64,000 nucleotides of DNA from Ramlibacter sp. 2FC (GTDB lineage Bacteria > Pseudomonadota > Gammaproteobacteria > Burkholderiales > Burkholderiaceae_C), in contig CALRYY010000012.1 of NCBI GenBank assembly GCA_943372515.1, positions 1,074-65,073 on the forward strand. Direction: 5' to 3'. Positions 1-9,925 of this stretch are shown piece by piece (within the stretch, counting starts at the first letter, position 1; every line of letters starts with the position of its first letter). The translations under genes and the position numbers were made by a program. The notes under the pieces were generated by a model. It saw only the letters and a program-made list of their open reading frames with translations. It did not search any database and was not told where the DNA came from.

Positions 1-1035
1 CTCCTGCACATGCGGGTCGGCAAAGACCTCGGCCAGGTTGTTGATGGCGCCGCAGGGCACCTTGGCGGCCTCCAGCGCGGCCAGCCAGTCGGCCTTGGTG
101 CGCGTCTTCATGATGCCCTCCAGCAGCGGCACCAGTTCGCCCCGGTTGCGCACCCGGTCCTGGTTGCGTGCATAGCGGGGGTCGCTGGCCAGCTCGGGCC
201 GGCCGGCCACGGCACAAAACTTGGCGTATTGCCCGTCGTTGCCCACGGCCAGGATGAGGTGGTCCTTGGTGTTGCCGGCGGCGGGCGCGACCTCGAACAC
301 CTGGTAGGGCACGATATTCTGGTGGGCATTGCCCGCACGCCCCGGTGCCTTGCCGCTGACGAGGTAATTGGCGCCCAGGTTGGCCAGCATGGCCACCTGC
401 GTATCGAGCAGGGCCATGTCCACGTGTTGCCCCTCGCCGGTGCGTTCGGCATGGCGCAGCGCGGCCAGGATGGCCACCGTGGCGTACATGCCGGTGAACA
501 GGTCGGCCACGGCCACGCCCACTTTCTGCGGGCCGCCGCCAATGTCGTCGCGCTCGCCGGTCACGCTCATGAGCCCGCCCATGCCCTGCACGGCGTAGTC
601 GTATCCGGCGCGTTCGCTGTACGGCCCGGTCTGGCCAAAGCCCGTGACGCTGCAGTACACCAGCCGCGGGTTCAGCCCGCGCAGCGACGCATAGTCCAGC
701 CCATAGCGTGCCATGTCACCGACCTTGAAGTTCTCCACGAACACGTCGCAATGCGCCACCAGCTCGCGGATCAGAGCCTGCCCGGCGGGCTGTGCAATGT
801 CGCAGGTGACCGAGCGCTTGTTGCGGTTGGTGCCCAGGTAATAGGCGGCCTCGGCCGTGTCGTGGCCGTCGCTGTCCTTCAGGAACGGCGGCCCCCAGGT
901 CCGTGTGTCGTCGCCGCTGCCGGGCCGCTCGATCTTGATCACGTCGGCGCCCAGGTCGGCCAGGGTCTGGGTGCACCAGGGGCCCGCCAGCACGCGGGAA
1001 AGGTCCAGGATTCGAATGCCGTCTAAAGAGTTCAT
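1..1035 (-). CDS. family III CoA-transferase (CaiB/BaiF-type); 3' part lies beyond the window edge
   Basis: My own minus-strand translation from the ATG at 1035..1033 gives MNSLDGIRILDLSRVLAGPWCTQTLADLGADVIKIERPGSGDDTRTWGPPF..., the typical N-terminus of this family. It is absent from the ORF track because there is no stop in the window. The plus-strand ORF 10..1026 is its antisense shadow. Confidence 0.8.
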   Translation of the reverse strand, partial: MNSLDGIRILDLSRVLAGPWCTQTLADLGADVIKIERPGSGDDTRTWGPPFLKDSDGHDTAEAAYYLGTNRNKRSVTCDIAQPAGQALIRELVAHCDVFVENFKVGDMARYGLDYASLRGLNPRLVYCSVTGFGQTGPYSERAGYDYAVQGMGGLMSVTGERDDIGGGPQKVGVAVADLFTGMYATVAILAALRHAERTGEGQHVDMALLDTQVAMLANLGANYLVSGKAPGRAGNAHQNIVPYQVFEVAPAAGNTKDHLILAVGNDGQYAKFCAVAGRPELASDPRYARNQDRVRNRGELVPLLEGIMKTRTKADWLAALEAAKVPCGAINNLAEVFADPHVQE

Positions 1036-1070
1036 GGACGCCATTTTCAGGCGAAACGGATAATGCGGTG

Positions 1071-1571
1071 ATGCGTTTTCCTTTCCTGGCCGCCGTGTTG
1101 ATGCTGGCCGCCTGCAGCCCTGAACTGAACTGGCGCGAAGTTCGCGCCGAACCCACCACACTGACCGTGCTGCTGCCGTGCAAGCCTGATCGTGGCGCTC
1201 GCGTGGTCCCGCTGGGCGGTCGTGACACCCCGTTGAACATGCTGGGCTGCGACGCGGGTGGCGCCACCTTTGCCGTGGCCTTTGCCGACACAGCCGACGC
1301 CGGACAGGCTGCGGCGGTGCTCACGCAGTGGCGCGCGGCCACGCTGGCCAATATGCGTGCGACGACCCCTGCAGAGCAGCCCTTTACCGTGGCAGGGGGG
1401 GTGGTGTCGCTGCGCGTTGCGGCCAGCGGCCAGCGTGCGGATGGCAAGCCGGTGCAAAGCCAGGCGGTGTACTTTTCGCAAGGCCCGCGGGTGTACCAGG
1501 CTGTGATCTATGCCGACAAGCTGACCGCTGACGTCGCAGACACATTTTTTGGCGGGCTCAAGCTGCCATGA
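1071..1571 (+). CDS. hypothetical lipoprotein
   Basis: N-terminus MRFPFLAAVLMLAAC has a lipobox (LAAC). No family recognised. The start could be GTG 1068 or ATG 1071. The stop overlaps the next start (ATGA at 1568). Confidence 0.6.
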   Translation: MRFPFLAAVLMLAACSPELNWREVRAEPTTLTVLLPCKPDRGARVVPLGGRDTPLNMLGCDAGGATFAVAFADTADAGQAAAVLTQWRAATLANMRATTPAEQPFTVAGGVVSLRVAASGQRADGKPVQSQAVYFSQGPRVYQAVIYADKLTADVADTFFGGLKLP

Positions 1572-2815
1572 GCGAGAGCCTGCTCACCCGCCGCGCCGCC
1601 GTGCTGGTCTTTCTGGCATTTGCGTTTGCGTATTTCTTCTCGGCACTTCTGCGCGCCATCACAGCCACCTTGTCGCCCACGCTGACGCAGGAGTTCTCGC
1701 TTCAGGCACGTGATCTGGGCCTGCTGGCGGGCGGCTACTTTCTGGGGTTTGCCGCCACCCAGCTGCCACTGGGCACCTGGCTGGACCGCCATGGCCCCAA
1801 GAAAGTGATCCTGGCTTTCCTGGGTGTGGCGGTGGTGGGTTGCCTGGCCTTTTCATGGGCTACCAGTTTCTCGGGCCTGCTGGCCGCCCGTGTGCTGTGC
1901 GGCGTGGGTGTCAGCGCCTGCCTGATGGCGCCGCTCACGGGCTTTCGCCGCTGGTTCGAGCCCACTGCGCAATTGCGTGCCAATTCATGGATGCTCATGA
2001 CGGGGTCGCTGGGCATGGTGGCGTCCACACTGCCGGTGCAGTGGCTGGTCCCGCTGGCGGGTTGGCGGCCGCTGTTCTGGGCTCTGGCCCTGGCCGTGCT
2101 GCTGTCCATGGCGGTCATTGCCTGGCAGGTGCCGCGCTGGGTGGTGGCGCCCGCTGCGCCGACCGGCCCCGCTGCAGCCGAAGCACATGTACCCGGCGGC
2201 TATGCGGCCGTCTGGCGCAACCCGTACTTCCGGCGCATGACGCCCATTGGCTTTTTCAGCTACGGCGGCATGATCGCCATCCAGACGCTTTGGGCCGGGC
2301 CCTGGATGGTCAAGGTGGCGGGGTACGACCCGCTGGACGCGGCCCAGGGGCTGTTCTGGATCAACGTGTCCATGCTGTGCGCGTTCTGGAGCTGGGGCCT
2401 TTTGAACCCGCTGCTGGCGCGCCGGGGCTACACGACCGAACGGCTGATTGCCTGGGGGTTGCCACTGAGCTTTGGGGTGCTGGCTTCCACCATTGCGGCG
2501 GGTCCTCTGGCTGGCGCCGGTGCGTGGGCGCTGTTCTGCATGACGTCCACCTTTGTGTCGCTGGCCCAGCCCGCAGTGGGCATGGCCTTTCCTGCGGCGC
2601 TGGCCGGGCGGGCGTTGTCGGCATACAACCTGGTCATCTTTGCGGGTGTGTTTGTCGTGCAGTGGGGCATTGGCCTGCTGGTAGACGGCTTTGCGGCTAC
2701 CGGGCTCGACACCGTGGGATCGTTTCGCGCCGCCATGGGCGTGTTCCTGGCGCTCAGCGTGGTGTCGTACGGCTACTTCCTTCTGGCAAGACCTGATAAT
2801 CAGCCGGTCCCTTAA
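1568..2815 (+). CDS. MFS transporter
   Basis: 415 aa with about 12 hydrophobic segments. MFS loop motif GTWLDRHGPKKV between TM2 and TM3. Confidence 0.85.
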   Translation: MSESLLTRRAAVLVFLAFAFAYFFSALLRAITATLSPTLTQEFSLQARDLGLLAGGYFLGFAATQLPLGTWLDRHGPKKVILAFLGVAVVGCLAFSWATSFSGLLAARVLCGVGVSACLMAPLTGFRRWFEPTAQLRANSWMLMTGSLGMVASTLPVQWLVPLAGWRPLFWALALAVLLSMAVIAWQVPRWVVAPAAPTGPAAAEAHVPGGYAAVWRNPYFRRMTPIGFFSYGGMIAIQTLWAGPWMVKVAGYDPLDAAQGLFWINVSMLCAFWSWGLLNPLLARRGYTTERLIAWGLPLSFGVLASTIAAGPLAGAGAWALFCMTSTFVSLAQPAVGMAFPAALAGRALSAYNLVIFAGVFVVQWGIGLLVDGFAATGLDTVGSFRAAMGVFLALSVVSYGYFLLARPDNQPVP

Positions 2816-2821
2816 ACTTTC

Positions 2822-3277
2822 ATGAACAAAATCCTCATCATTGCCCATGCTCCGCTGGCGCACGCGCTGCGCCAATGTGCTCTGCATGTGTTTCCTGACT
2901 GCGAGCAGTTCGTGGGTGCGGTGGATGTGCAACCCAACGTGTCGCCCGATGAAACGCTGGGCTCGGCGCGCATCATGCTGGCCCAGCTGGGTGGGGGTGC
3001 CGACATCAAGGGCGTGCTCGTACTGACCGACATCTTTGGTGCGACGCCCTGCAACGTGGCGCAAAAGCTGGTGGATGGCGTGAAGTCAAAGCTCATCACC
3101 GGGGTGAACCTGCCCATGGTGCTGCGCAGCGTGAGCTACCGGCATGAGTCGCTGGAGGCGCTGGCAACGCGCGCCGTGGCCGGCGGCACCCAGGGCGTGA
3201 TGCAGGTGGCCATCACCGCACCGCAAAACCAGGCCAGACGGAAAAATGATCAAGACAAACACGACCATCAGCAATAA
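2822..3277 (+). CDS. PTS EIIA component, mannose/fructose family
   Basis: MNKILIIAHAPLAHAL (phosphorylatable His near position 9-10), VLVLTDIFGATPCN and ITGVNLPMVL match EIIA-Man signatures. It sits directly upstream of HPr and EI. Confidence 0.8.
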   Translation: MNKILIIAHAPLAHALRQCALHVFPDCEQFVGAVDVQPNVSPDETLGSARIMLAQLGGGADIKGVLVLTDIFGATPCNVAQKLVDGVKSKLITGVNLPMVLRSVSYRHESLEALATRAVAGGTQGVMQVAITAPQNQARRKNDQDKHDHQQ

Positions 3278-3515
3278 GCTGGGCCTGCATGCCCGCGCCT
3301 CGGCCAAGCTCACCAAGCTGGCCGGCAGCTACCCCTGCGAAGTCTGGATGAGCCGCGGCGAGCGCCGCGTCAATGCCAAAAGCATCATGGGTGTGATGAT
3401 GCTGGCCGCAGGCATAGGCTCTGAGGTCAGCATAGAAACCAATGGGGATCGGCAGCAGGAAGCGATGGACGCGCTGCTGGCCTTGATCGCCGACAAGTTT
3501 GGAGAGGGTGAGTGA
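3246..3515 (+). CDS. ptsH: phosphocarrier protein HPr
   Basis: 89 aa. The GLHARAS motif places His at position 15. It overlaps the EIIA tail by 32 nt and the EI start by GTGA. Confidence 0.9.
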   Translation: MIKTNTTISNKLGLHARASAKLTKLAGSYPCEVWMSRGERRVNAKSIMGVMMLAAGIGSEVSIETNGDRQQEAMDALLALIADKFGEGE

Positions 3516-5281
3516 CCTTTTCGATCCACGGCCTGGCCGTCGCCCGCGGCATCGCCATCGGGCGTGCCGTGCTGGTGGCGTCCAGCCGGGTGGATGTCGC
3601 GCACTATTTCATAGAGGCTGAGCAGGTCGAGGCCGAAATCGGCCGCGTGCGGGCCGGGCGCAATGCGGTGGTGGATGAAATCCACCGCCTGCAGCAAAGC
3701 ATCACCACCATGGGCCCCAAGGAAGCGCCTCACGAGCTGGCCGCGCTATTGGACGTGCACCTGATGCTGCTGCAGGACGAAGAGCTCATCAGCGGCGTCA
3801 AGCACTGGGTGACCGACCGGCTGTACAACGCCGAATGGGCGCTGACCACCCAGCTGGAGGTGATCGCGCGCCAGTTTGACGAGATGGAGGACGAGTACCT
3901 GCGTGAGCGCAAGGCCGACCTGGAGCAGGTGGTCGAGCGCATCCTGCGCTACATGAAGGGCGTGGCCTCGCCGGTGGCGCCGCCCTCGTCCGGCAGCAAA
4001 CGCAAAACCCAGCAGGACCTGTTGCTGGACGACAGCATGGACGTGCCGCTGGTGCTGGTGGCGCACGACCTGTCGCCGGCTGACATGATGCAGTTCAAGC
4101 AGAGCGTGTTCGCGGGCTTTGTGACGGACGTAGGCGGCAAAACGTCGCACACCGCCATCGTGGCGCGCAGCATGGACATACCGGCGGTGGTGGGCGCACG
4201 CGGCGCCAGCCAGCTGGTGCGCCAGGACGACTGGCTGATCATCGACGGCGACGCGGGCGTGATGATCGTCGACCCGTCGCCCATCATCCTGGCCGAATAT
4301 GGTTTCAAGCAGCGCCAGGGCGAGCTGGAGCGCACCCGCCTGTCGCGGCTGCGTCATACGCCCGCCGTCACGCTGGACGGCCAAAGGGTAGAGCTGCTGG
4401 CCAACATCGAATTGCCCGAAGACGCGCCCGCGGCGGTCAATGCCGGTGCGGTGGGCGTGGGGCTGTTCCGCAGCGAATTCCTGTTCATGGGCCGCCAGGG
4501 CAACCTGCCTGACGAAGAAGAGCAGTACCAGGCCTACAAGCGGGCGGTGGAGGGCATGCAGGGGCTGCCTGTCACCATACGCACCATCGACGTTGGCGCC
4601 GACAAGCCGCTGGGTGGCAGCGAGCGCGATTCAGCCCATCTGAACCCGGCTTTGGGCCTGCGCGCCATCCGCTGGAGCCTGGCGGACCCCGGCATGTTCC
4701 TGAACCAGTTGCGCGCGATCCTGCGCGCGGCAGCGCACGGTCAGGTCAACATGCTGATCCCCATGCTGGCGCATGCCAGCGAAATCCGCCACACCGTGGC
4801 GTTGGTGGACTTTGCCCGCGCCGAGCTGGACAACAAGGGCATCGCCTACGGCAACATCAAGCTGGGCGCCATGATCGAAGTGCCGGCCGCGGCGCTGATG
4901 CTCAAGACCTTCCTGAAGTACTTTGACTTTTTGTCCATCGGTACCAACGACCTGATCCAGTACACGCTGGCGATCGACCGTGCCGATGAATCCGTGGCGC
5001 ACCTGTACGACCCGCTGCACCCGGCCGTGCTGCGCCTGGTGGCAGAAACGATTGCCGAATGCAACGCCCAGGGCAAAGGCGTGAGCGTCTGCGGCGAAAT
5101 GGCCGGCGACATTACCTTGACCCGCTTGCTGCTGGGCATGGGCCTGCGCAGCTTTTCCATGCACCCGGCACAGATCCTGGCGGTCAAGCAGGAGGTGCTG
5201 CGCGCCGACACGCAGCGGCTGGTGCCCTGGGCGCAGAACATCATGCAGGCCGAAGACCCAGCCCAGGCCATGAGCGCCTGA
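3512..5281 (+). CDS. ptsI: phosphoenolpyruvate-protein phosphotransferase (PTS enzyme I)
   Basis: 589 aa. GGKTSHTAIVARS (active-site His region), IGTNDLIQYTLA and VSVCGEMAGD are classic EI motifs. Confidence 0.95.
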   Translation: MTFSIHGLAVARGIAIGRAVLVASSRVDVAHYFIEAEQVEAEIGRVRAGRNAVVDEIHRLQQSITTMGPKEAPHELAALLDVHLMLLQDEELISGVKHWVTDRLYNAEWALTTQLEVIARQFDEMEDEYLRERKADLEQVVERILRYMKGVASPVAPPSSGSKRKTQQDLLLDDSMDVPLVLVAHDLSPADMMQFKQSVFAGFVTDVGGKTSHTAIVARSMDIPAVVGARGASQLVRQDDWLIIDGDAGVMIVDPSPIILAEYGFKQRQGELERTRLSRLRHTPAVTLDGQRVELLANIELPEDAPAAVNAGAVGVGLFRSEFLFMGRQGNLPDEEEQYQAYKRAVEGMQGLPVTIRTIDVGADKPLGGSERDSAHLNPALGLRAIRWSLADPGMFLNQLRAILRAAAHGQVNMLIPMLAHASEIRHTVALVDFARAELDNKGIAYGNIKLGAMIEVPAAALMLKTFLKYFDFLSIGTNDLIQYTLAIDRADESVAHLYDPLHPAVLRLVAETIAECNAQGKGVSVCGEMAGDITLTRLLLGMGLRSFSMHPAQILAVKQEVLRADTQRLVPWAQNIMQAEDPAQAMSA

Positions 5282-5299
5282 AAAAGGGCGCCCGGAAAT

Positions 5300-6184
5300 T
5301 CAGCGCGCGCGCGTGCCCAGCACGGCAGCGCCAATGATCAGCACGGCCGCCAGACCAATGCTCCAGTTGATGGCACGGCCACTGACCCCCATCAGCAACG
5401 CGGTAGACGCCAGCGGCGTGATGTAGCTCAGGACGCCGATCTGCCGCGCGTCGCCCAGCTTCAACGCCCGATCCCACAGGAAGAACGCCGCGCCCAGCGG
5501 CCCCAGGCCCATGACGGCCAGCAATGCCCAGTCGCGCGCCGACAGCGTGGCAGCGGGCTCCAGCAGTACATGGCACAGCAACGACAGCAGGCCCGACACC
5601 AGGCCAAACAGCCCGATGGCGGCTGTGGGAAATGGGGAAACCCTTTTGGTCAGCAGCGAATAGCTGGCCCAGATCAAGGCAGAGCCCAGCGCCAGCAGGT
5701 AGCCCCATGACCAGCCACCGCCCGAGCCGTTACCCGTGCCGTCACGCGCGCCCAGGATCGCAATGGCCGCCCCGGCAAACCCCACCAGCGCCGCCACCAC
5801 ATGGGCCATGCGCAGCGTCACGCCCCGCAAGAACACGGGCGCCAGCACCACAATAAGCAATGGCCACAGGTAGTTGACCAGGTTGGCCTCTACGGCCGGC
5901 GCGATGCGCAGCGCAATGAACAGCAGGAAGTGAAAGCCGAACAGGCCGTACACACCCAGCGCCAGCGTGGACGGCGCAATGGCCCACAGACGCGGGTTAC
6001 GCGCCACCAGCGGCCAGGCCGGCACGCTGCCGATCACCAGGGCAATGCCTGTCAGCAAAAAGGGCGGCACGTGGCGCAGCGTGACGCCCAGCGTTGCCAG
6101 CATTGCCCACAGGGCGATCGCGCCCAGCGCGTAGAGGTTGGCTTGGGTGGGGGCTTGCATGGCCCGCACTGTAAGCCCGCGCAT
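5300..6184 (-). CDS. EamA/DMT family transporter
   Basis: 294 aa with about 10 TM segments and a duplicated EamA-like organisation. The start may be the internal Met at 6160. Confidence 0.8.
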   Translation of the reverse strand: MRGLTVRAMQAPTQANLYALGAIALWAMLATLGVTLRHVPPFLLTGIALVIGSVPAWPLVARNPRLWAIAPSTLALGVYGLFGFHFLLFIALRIAPAVEANLVNYLWPLLIVVLAPVFLRGVTLRMAHVVAALVGFAGAAIAILGARDGTGNGSGGGWSWGYLLALGSALIWASYSLLTKRVSPFPTAAIGLFGLVSGLLSLLCHVLLEPAATLSARDWALLAVMGLGPLGAAFFLWDRALKLGDARQIGVLSYITPLASTALLMGVSGRAINWSIGLAAVLIIGAAVLGTRAR

Positions 6185-6200
6185 CGTCGCGAAACGACGG

Positions 6201-6908
6201 TCAGCCGTCGCGCAACGACGGTGACTGGTGGGAGACGGATTCGCGCCGCATCGCGGCAGTGAGCGCCGATGGCGACCGGTAGCCGCAGCGGCGCGCTGTC
6301 TGCGCCACGCTCAGGCCACCCGCGCGCAATTGCTGCGCATGGGCCAGGCGCTGGCTGCGCAGCCATTGCATGGCGCTCTGGCCGGTTTCCTCGCGGCAAC
6401 GCGCAGCAAACTGTGTGGGGCTCAAGTGCACCTGCGCGGCCAGCTCGGCCACGCTCAGCGGTTGATGCCAGCGCGCCTGTGCCCAGGCGCCCAAAGCTGC
6501 CCAGTCGATTCGTCGGCGTGGATGAGCCGGGCCGTGCGCACCCCACGCTTCCAGCAGCAGCATGGGGCCCGCTTGCAGCGCCTGGCGATGGCCGGCCTGC
6601 AGCGCGCAGGCCAGGTAGCGCGCCAGCGCCAGCGCGGTGTCGTCACGCCACGGGCGCGCCGGGCATCTTGCCCATCCAGCAGCCCACGTGTCCAGCACCA
6701 GGCAGCGGCTGCCGTTGGCTGCCTCGAAGTCATGACGTTCGCCGGGTGGCACCACCCAGCCGTCGCCCGCGCCAATGCGGCGGCCCCGCCCATCGACTTC
6801 AAGCTCGAGCTCGCCTTCCAGCCCGACCAGAATCTGGAAATGATCGTGGCTGTGGCTGCCGTGCGATGCGCCGTACTGGCGCAGCGACAGCGAACCCGCT
6901 GTGTCCAT
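6201..6908 (-). CDS. AraC family transcriptional regulator (cupin + HTH)
   Basis: N-terminal cupin-like region (HSHDHFQILVG...GERHDFEA). C-terminal AraC double HTH (LSVAELAAQVHLSPTQFAARCREETG...VAQTARRCGYRSPSALTAAMRRE). Confidence 0.8.
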   Translation of the reverse strand: MDTAGSLSLRQYGASHGSHSHDHFQILVGLEGELELEVDGRGRRIGAGDGWVVPPGERHDFEAANGSRCLVLDTWAAGWARCPARPWRDDTALALARYLACALQAGHRQALQAGPMLLLEAWGAHGPAHPRRRIDWAALGAWAQARWHQPLSVAELAAQVHLSPTQFAARCREETGQSAMQWLRSQRLAHAQQLRAGGLSVAQTARRCGYRSPSALTAAMRRESVSHQSPSLRDG

Positions 6909-6910
6909 GG

Positions 6911-7906
6911 TCAGGCGGCAGCGACGGGGTTCAATACGCCGTGCGCCTGCTGATCTGCGTGGTAGCTGGAGCGCACCATCGCGCCCACGGCGGCGTGGGT
7001 GAAACCCATCTTGTAGGCCTCTGCCTCGAACATCTTGAAGGTGTCCGGGTGCACGTAGCGGCGCACCGGCAGATGGCTCAGCGTGGGCGCCAGGTACTGG
7101 CCGATGGTCAACATGTCGATGTCGTGCGCGCGCATGTCGCGCATGACGGTCAAAATTTCTTCGTCGGTCTCGCCCAGGCCCACCATCAGGCCGCTCTTGG
7201 TGGGCACGCCGGGGTGCAGCGCCTTGAATTTTTTCAGCAGGTTCAGGCTGAACTGGTAGTCGGAGCCCGGGCGCGCTTCCTTGTACAGGCGCGGGATGGT
7301 CTCCAGGTTGTGGTTCATCACGTCGGGCGGCGCGGCCTTCAGGATCTCCAGCGCCCGGTCATCGCGGCCGCGAAAGTCGGGCACCAGCACCTCGATCTGG
7401 GTGCCGGGTGACAGCTCGCGCGTGCGGCGGATGCACTCCACAAAATGGCCGGCGCCGCCGTCGCGCAGATCGTCGCGGTCCACGCTGGTGATCACCACGT
7501 ACTTGAGCTTGAGCTTGGCAATTGTGCGCGCCATGTTCAGCGGCTCGTCCGCGTCAAGCGGGTCGGGCCGGCCGTGGCCCACGTCGCAAAACGGGCAGCG
7601 GCGCGTGCACTTGTCACCCATGATCATGAAAGTGGCCGTGCCCTTGCCAAAGCATTCGCCAATGTTGGGGCAGGACGCCTCTTCGCAGACCGTGTGCAGG
7701 TTGCTCTCGCGCAGGATCTGCTTGATCTCGTAAAAACGCGTGGTGGGGCTGCCGGCCTTCACGCGGATCCACTCGGGCTTTTTCAGCACCTCGGCGCGCT
7801 CCACCTTGACGGGGATGCGCGACAGCTTGGCGCCGGCCTTCTGCTTGGCCGAGGCGTTGTAGTTTTCGGTGCTTTGCGCTTCGCGCACGACTTCAGAGCT
7901 GCTCAT
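6911..7906 (-). CDS. lipA: lipoyl synthase
   Basis: [12 protein letters not shown] and the radical-SAM CTRRCPFC cluster motifs. 331 aa. Confidence 0.95.
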   Translation of the reverse strand: MSSSEVVREAQSTENYNASAKQKAGAKLSRIPVKVERAEVLKKPEWIRVKAGSPTTRFYEIKQILRESNLHTVCEEASCPNIGECFGKGTATFMIMGDKCTRRCPFCDVGHGRPDPLDADEPLNMARTIAKLKLKYVVITSVDRDDLRDGGAGHFVECIRRTRELSPGTQIEVLVPDFRGRDDRALEILKAAPPDVMNHNLETIPRLYKEARPGSDYQFSLNLLKKFKALHPGVPTKSGLMVGLGETDEEILTVMRDMRAHDIDMLTIGQYLAPTLSHLPVRRYVHPDTFKMFEAEAYKMGFTHAAVGAMVRSSYHADQQAHGVLNPVAAA

Positions 7907-7911
7907 CGACT

Positions 7912-8580
7912 TTACGGTGCCAGCAGGGCGCTGAGCTGCTGGCCCAGCACGCGGGCGGCTTCGTCCCAGGTGGTAGATACGCCGATTGTAGAAAGATCCA
8001 CAGTTTTCAACCCCGCGTAGCCACAGGGGTTGATCCGCGAGTAGGGTTCCAGGTCCATGGCCACGTTCAGCGCCACGCCGTGGTACGTGCAGTGGCGCGT
8101 GACCTTGATGCCCAACGCAGCGATCTTGCCCAGGCCCTTGAAGGGGTCGCCCGGGTGCGCAGGGCCGGTCAGCGCCAGATGCGAAAAAGGGTCGTCCAGC
8201 CGCACGTAAATGCCGGGCGCACCGGCTACCCGGTGGCCCGTCACGCCGTAGTGGGCCAGGGTGCGGATCACCGCTTCTTCGATCCGGTAAACGTATTCCT
8301 TGACGTAGTAGCCGGCGCGCTTGAGGTCGACCAGCGGGTAGGCCACCACCTGGCCCGGGCCATGGTAGGTGACCTGGCCGCCGCGCGTGGACTGCACAAC
8401 GGGGATGGCACCGGGGCTCAGGACGTGGTCGGCTTTGCCTGCCAGGCCCTGGGTGAAAACGGGCGGGTGCTCACAAAGCCACAGTGCGTCGGGCGTTGCG
8501 GGATCGCGTCCGGCCGTGAAGACCTGCATCGCTTCGACGGTGGGCAGGTAGTCCGCCCGCCCAAATACCTTCAGCTCCAC
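7912..8580 (-). CDS. lipB: octanoyltransferase
   Basis: 222 aa. [21 protein letters not shown] and KIAALGIKV are LipB signatures. It is adjacent to lipA. Confidence 0.9.
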   Translation of the reverse strand: MELKVFGRADYLPTVEAMQVFTAGRDPATPDALWLCEHPPVFTQGLAGKADHVLSPGAIPVVQSTRGGQVTYHGPGQVVAYPLVDLKRAGYYVKEYVYRIEEAVIRTLAHYGVTGHRVAGAPGIYVRLDDPFSHLALTGPAHPGDPFKGLGKIAALGIKVTRHCTYHGVALNVAMDLEPYSRINPCGYAGLKTVDLSTIGVSTTWDEAARVLGQQLSALLAP

Positions 8581-8601
8581 AGGCGGCCCGTCATGCCAGT
8601 G

Positions 8602-8680
8602 CCACCGCGGAACCGGCTTCGCCGGGCCGCTGGGGGCGCCCCCTTGAGGGGGAAGCGCCGCAGGCGCTTCGGGGGTGGGT
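8602..8680. repeat. copy A of an approx 80-nt triple-hairpin intergenic repeat
   Basis: CCACCGCGGAACCGGCTTCGCCGGGCCGCTGGGGGCGCCCCCTTGAGGGGGAAGCGCCGCAGGCGCTTCGGGGGTGGGT. Its reverse complement aligns nearly base for base with copies C and D. It fills the ybeD-lipB spacer. Confidence 0.8.
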
Positions 8681-8994
8681 CACAACACCACCTTCACCAT
8701 GGGGTGCGTGGATAGCGTGCGGTACAGCTCGTCCAGCTGCTCACGGCTGGTGGCGGTGATGGTGAGCGTGATGCCCAGGTAATTGCCGGCCTTGCTGTCG
8801 CGCAGCTCGATGCTGGTCGCGTCAAATGCCGGGTCGAACTCGCGGGCGATGGTCGTCATGGCGTGCACGAAACCGTCCGCCTTGGCGCCCATGACCTTGA
8901 TCGGGAACTTCGACGGGTACTCGATGAGCGAATCGCGTCGCGTGTCAGCTGGCTGGGCATTGCTGGGCGGGTTTTGAGGGGCTGGCTGTGTCAT
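8680..8994 (-). CDS. ybeD: YbeD-like DUF493 protein
   Basis: YPSKFPIKVMG...ITLTITATSREQLDELYRTL is typical of the YbeD family. It occupies the conserved position upstream of lipB. Start trimmed to MTQPAPQ; the ATGA overlaps the dat stop. Confidence 0.8.
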   Translation of the reverse strand: MTQPAPQNPPSNAQPADTRRDSLIEYPSKFPIKVMGAKADGFVHAMTTIAREFDPAFDATSIELRDSKAGNYLGITLTITATSREQLDELYRTLSTHPMVKVVL

Positions 8995-9881
8995 GAATTG
9001 CTTTCCTGCTTGGCACGCTGGTATCCGGCATGCAGCAACTGGCAAATGGGGCCAGGTACGCCTTTTCCAACCGGGCGGCCGTCCAGCAGGGTGACGGCCA
9101 GCACCTCCTTGGTGGCTGACGACAGCAGCAGCTCGTCGCTGCCCAGTACCTCGTCGCGCGAAATGCGGCGCAGCTCAAATGCAATGCCGGCCTCGCGGCA
9201 CAGTTGCTCGATCAGCCCGTAGCGAATGCCCTCCAGTACCAGGTGGTCACGCGGCGGGCCCATGACGGTGCCGTCCTTTACCGCCCAGATATTGCTGGCC
9301 GCGCCCTCGCTCAAAAAGCCATCGCGGAACATCACGGTTTCCACTGCGCCGGCGTCGGCGCTGATCTGGCGCGCAAACACCGCGCCCAGCAGGCTCACGG
9401 CCTTTATGTGGGCCTTCTCCCAACGGAAATCGTCGGCCGTGACGCAGGCCACGCCTTGCGCGCGCTCGGCCGCGGTGGGGCCCTTCATGACGTTGCTCAT
9501 GGCAAATACCGTGGGCGTGATGTCGGTAGGCATGACGTGGTCGCGCATGGCAACGCCGCGCGTGACCTGGATGTAGACCAACTGGTCGGTATTGGCCGCC
9601 GTGCGGTCCACCGATCGCGCATAGTCGTCAATCAGCCGGTCCACCAGTGCGCGCCACTGCGCGTTCGACAGGGGGTTGTTGATGCGCAGCTCGCCCAGGC
9701 TGCGGTCCAGCCGCCCCATGTGTTCGGCAAAGCGAAAAGGGCGCCCTGCATACACGGGTACGACCTCGTAAACACCATCGCCAAAAATGAAACCGCGGTC
9801 CATGACGCTGACCTTGGCGTTGGGCAAGGTGGTGAATTCGCCGTTCAGGTAGCACGGCAGCTCGGGAAGGGTGTGGCTCAT
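8991..9881 (-). CDS. dat: class IV (D-amino-acid / branched-chain type) aminotransferase
   Basis: YLNGEF...VSVMDRGFIFGDGVYEVVPVY...RFAEHMGRLDRS matches fold-type IV aminotransferases. Start trimmed to MSHTLPEL. Confidence 0.75.
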   Translation of the reverse strand: MSHTLPELPCYLNGEFTTLPNAKVSVMDRGFIFGDGVYEVVPVYAGRPFRFAEHMGRLDRSLGELRINNPLSNAQWRALVDRLIDDYARSVDRTAANTDQLVYIQVTRGVAMRDHVMPTDITPTVFAMSNVMKGPTAAERAQGVACVTADDFRWEKAHIKAVSLLGAVFARQISADAGAVETVMFRDGFLSEGAASNIWAVKDGTVMGPPRDHLVLEGIRYGLIEQLCREAGIAFELRRISRDEVLGSDELLLSSATKEVLAVTLLDGRPVGKGVPGPICQLLHAGYQRAKQESNS

Positions 9882-9925
9882 GACCCGGATTGTCCCCCAG
9901 CCCAAGTGCCCATGCCTGTGACCGG

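Noticed and set aside
10-1026. 338-aa plus-strand ORF at the window start
   Set aside because: The minus strand here encodes a textbook family III CoA-transferase N-terminus, so the plus-strand ORF is its shadow.
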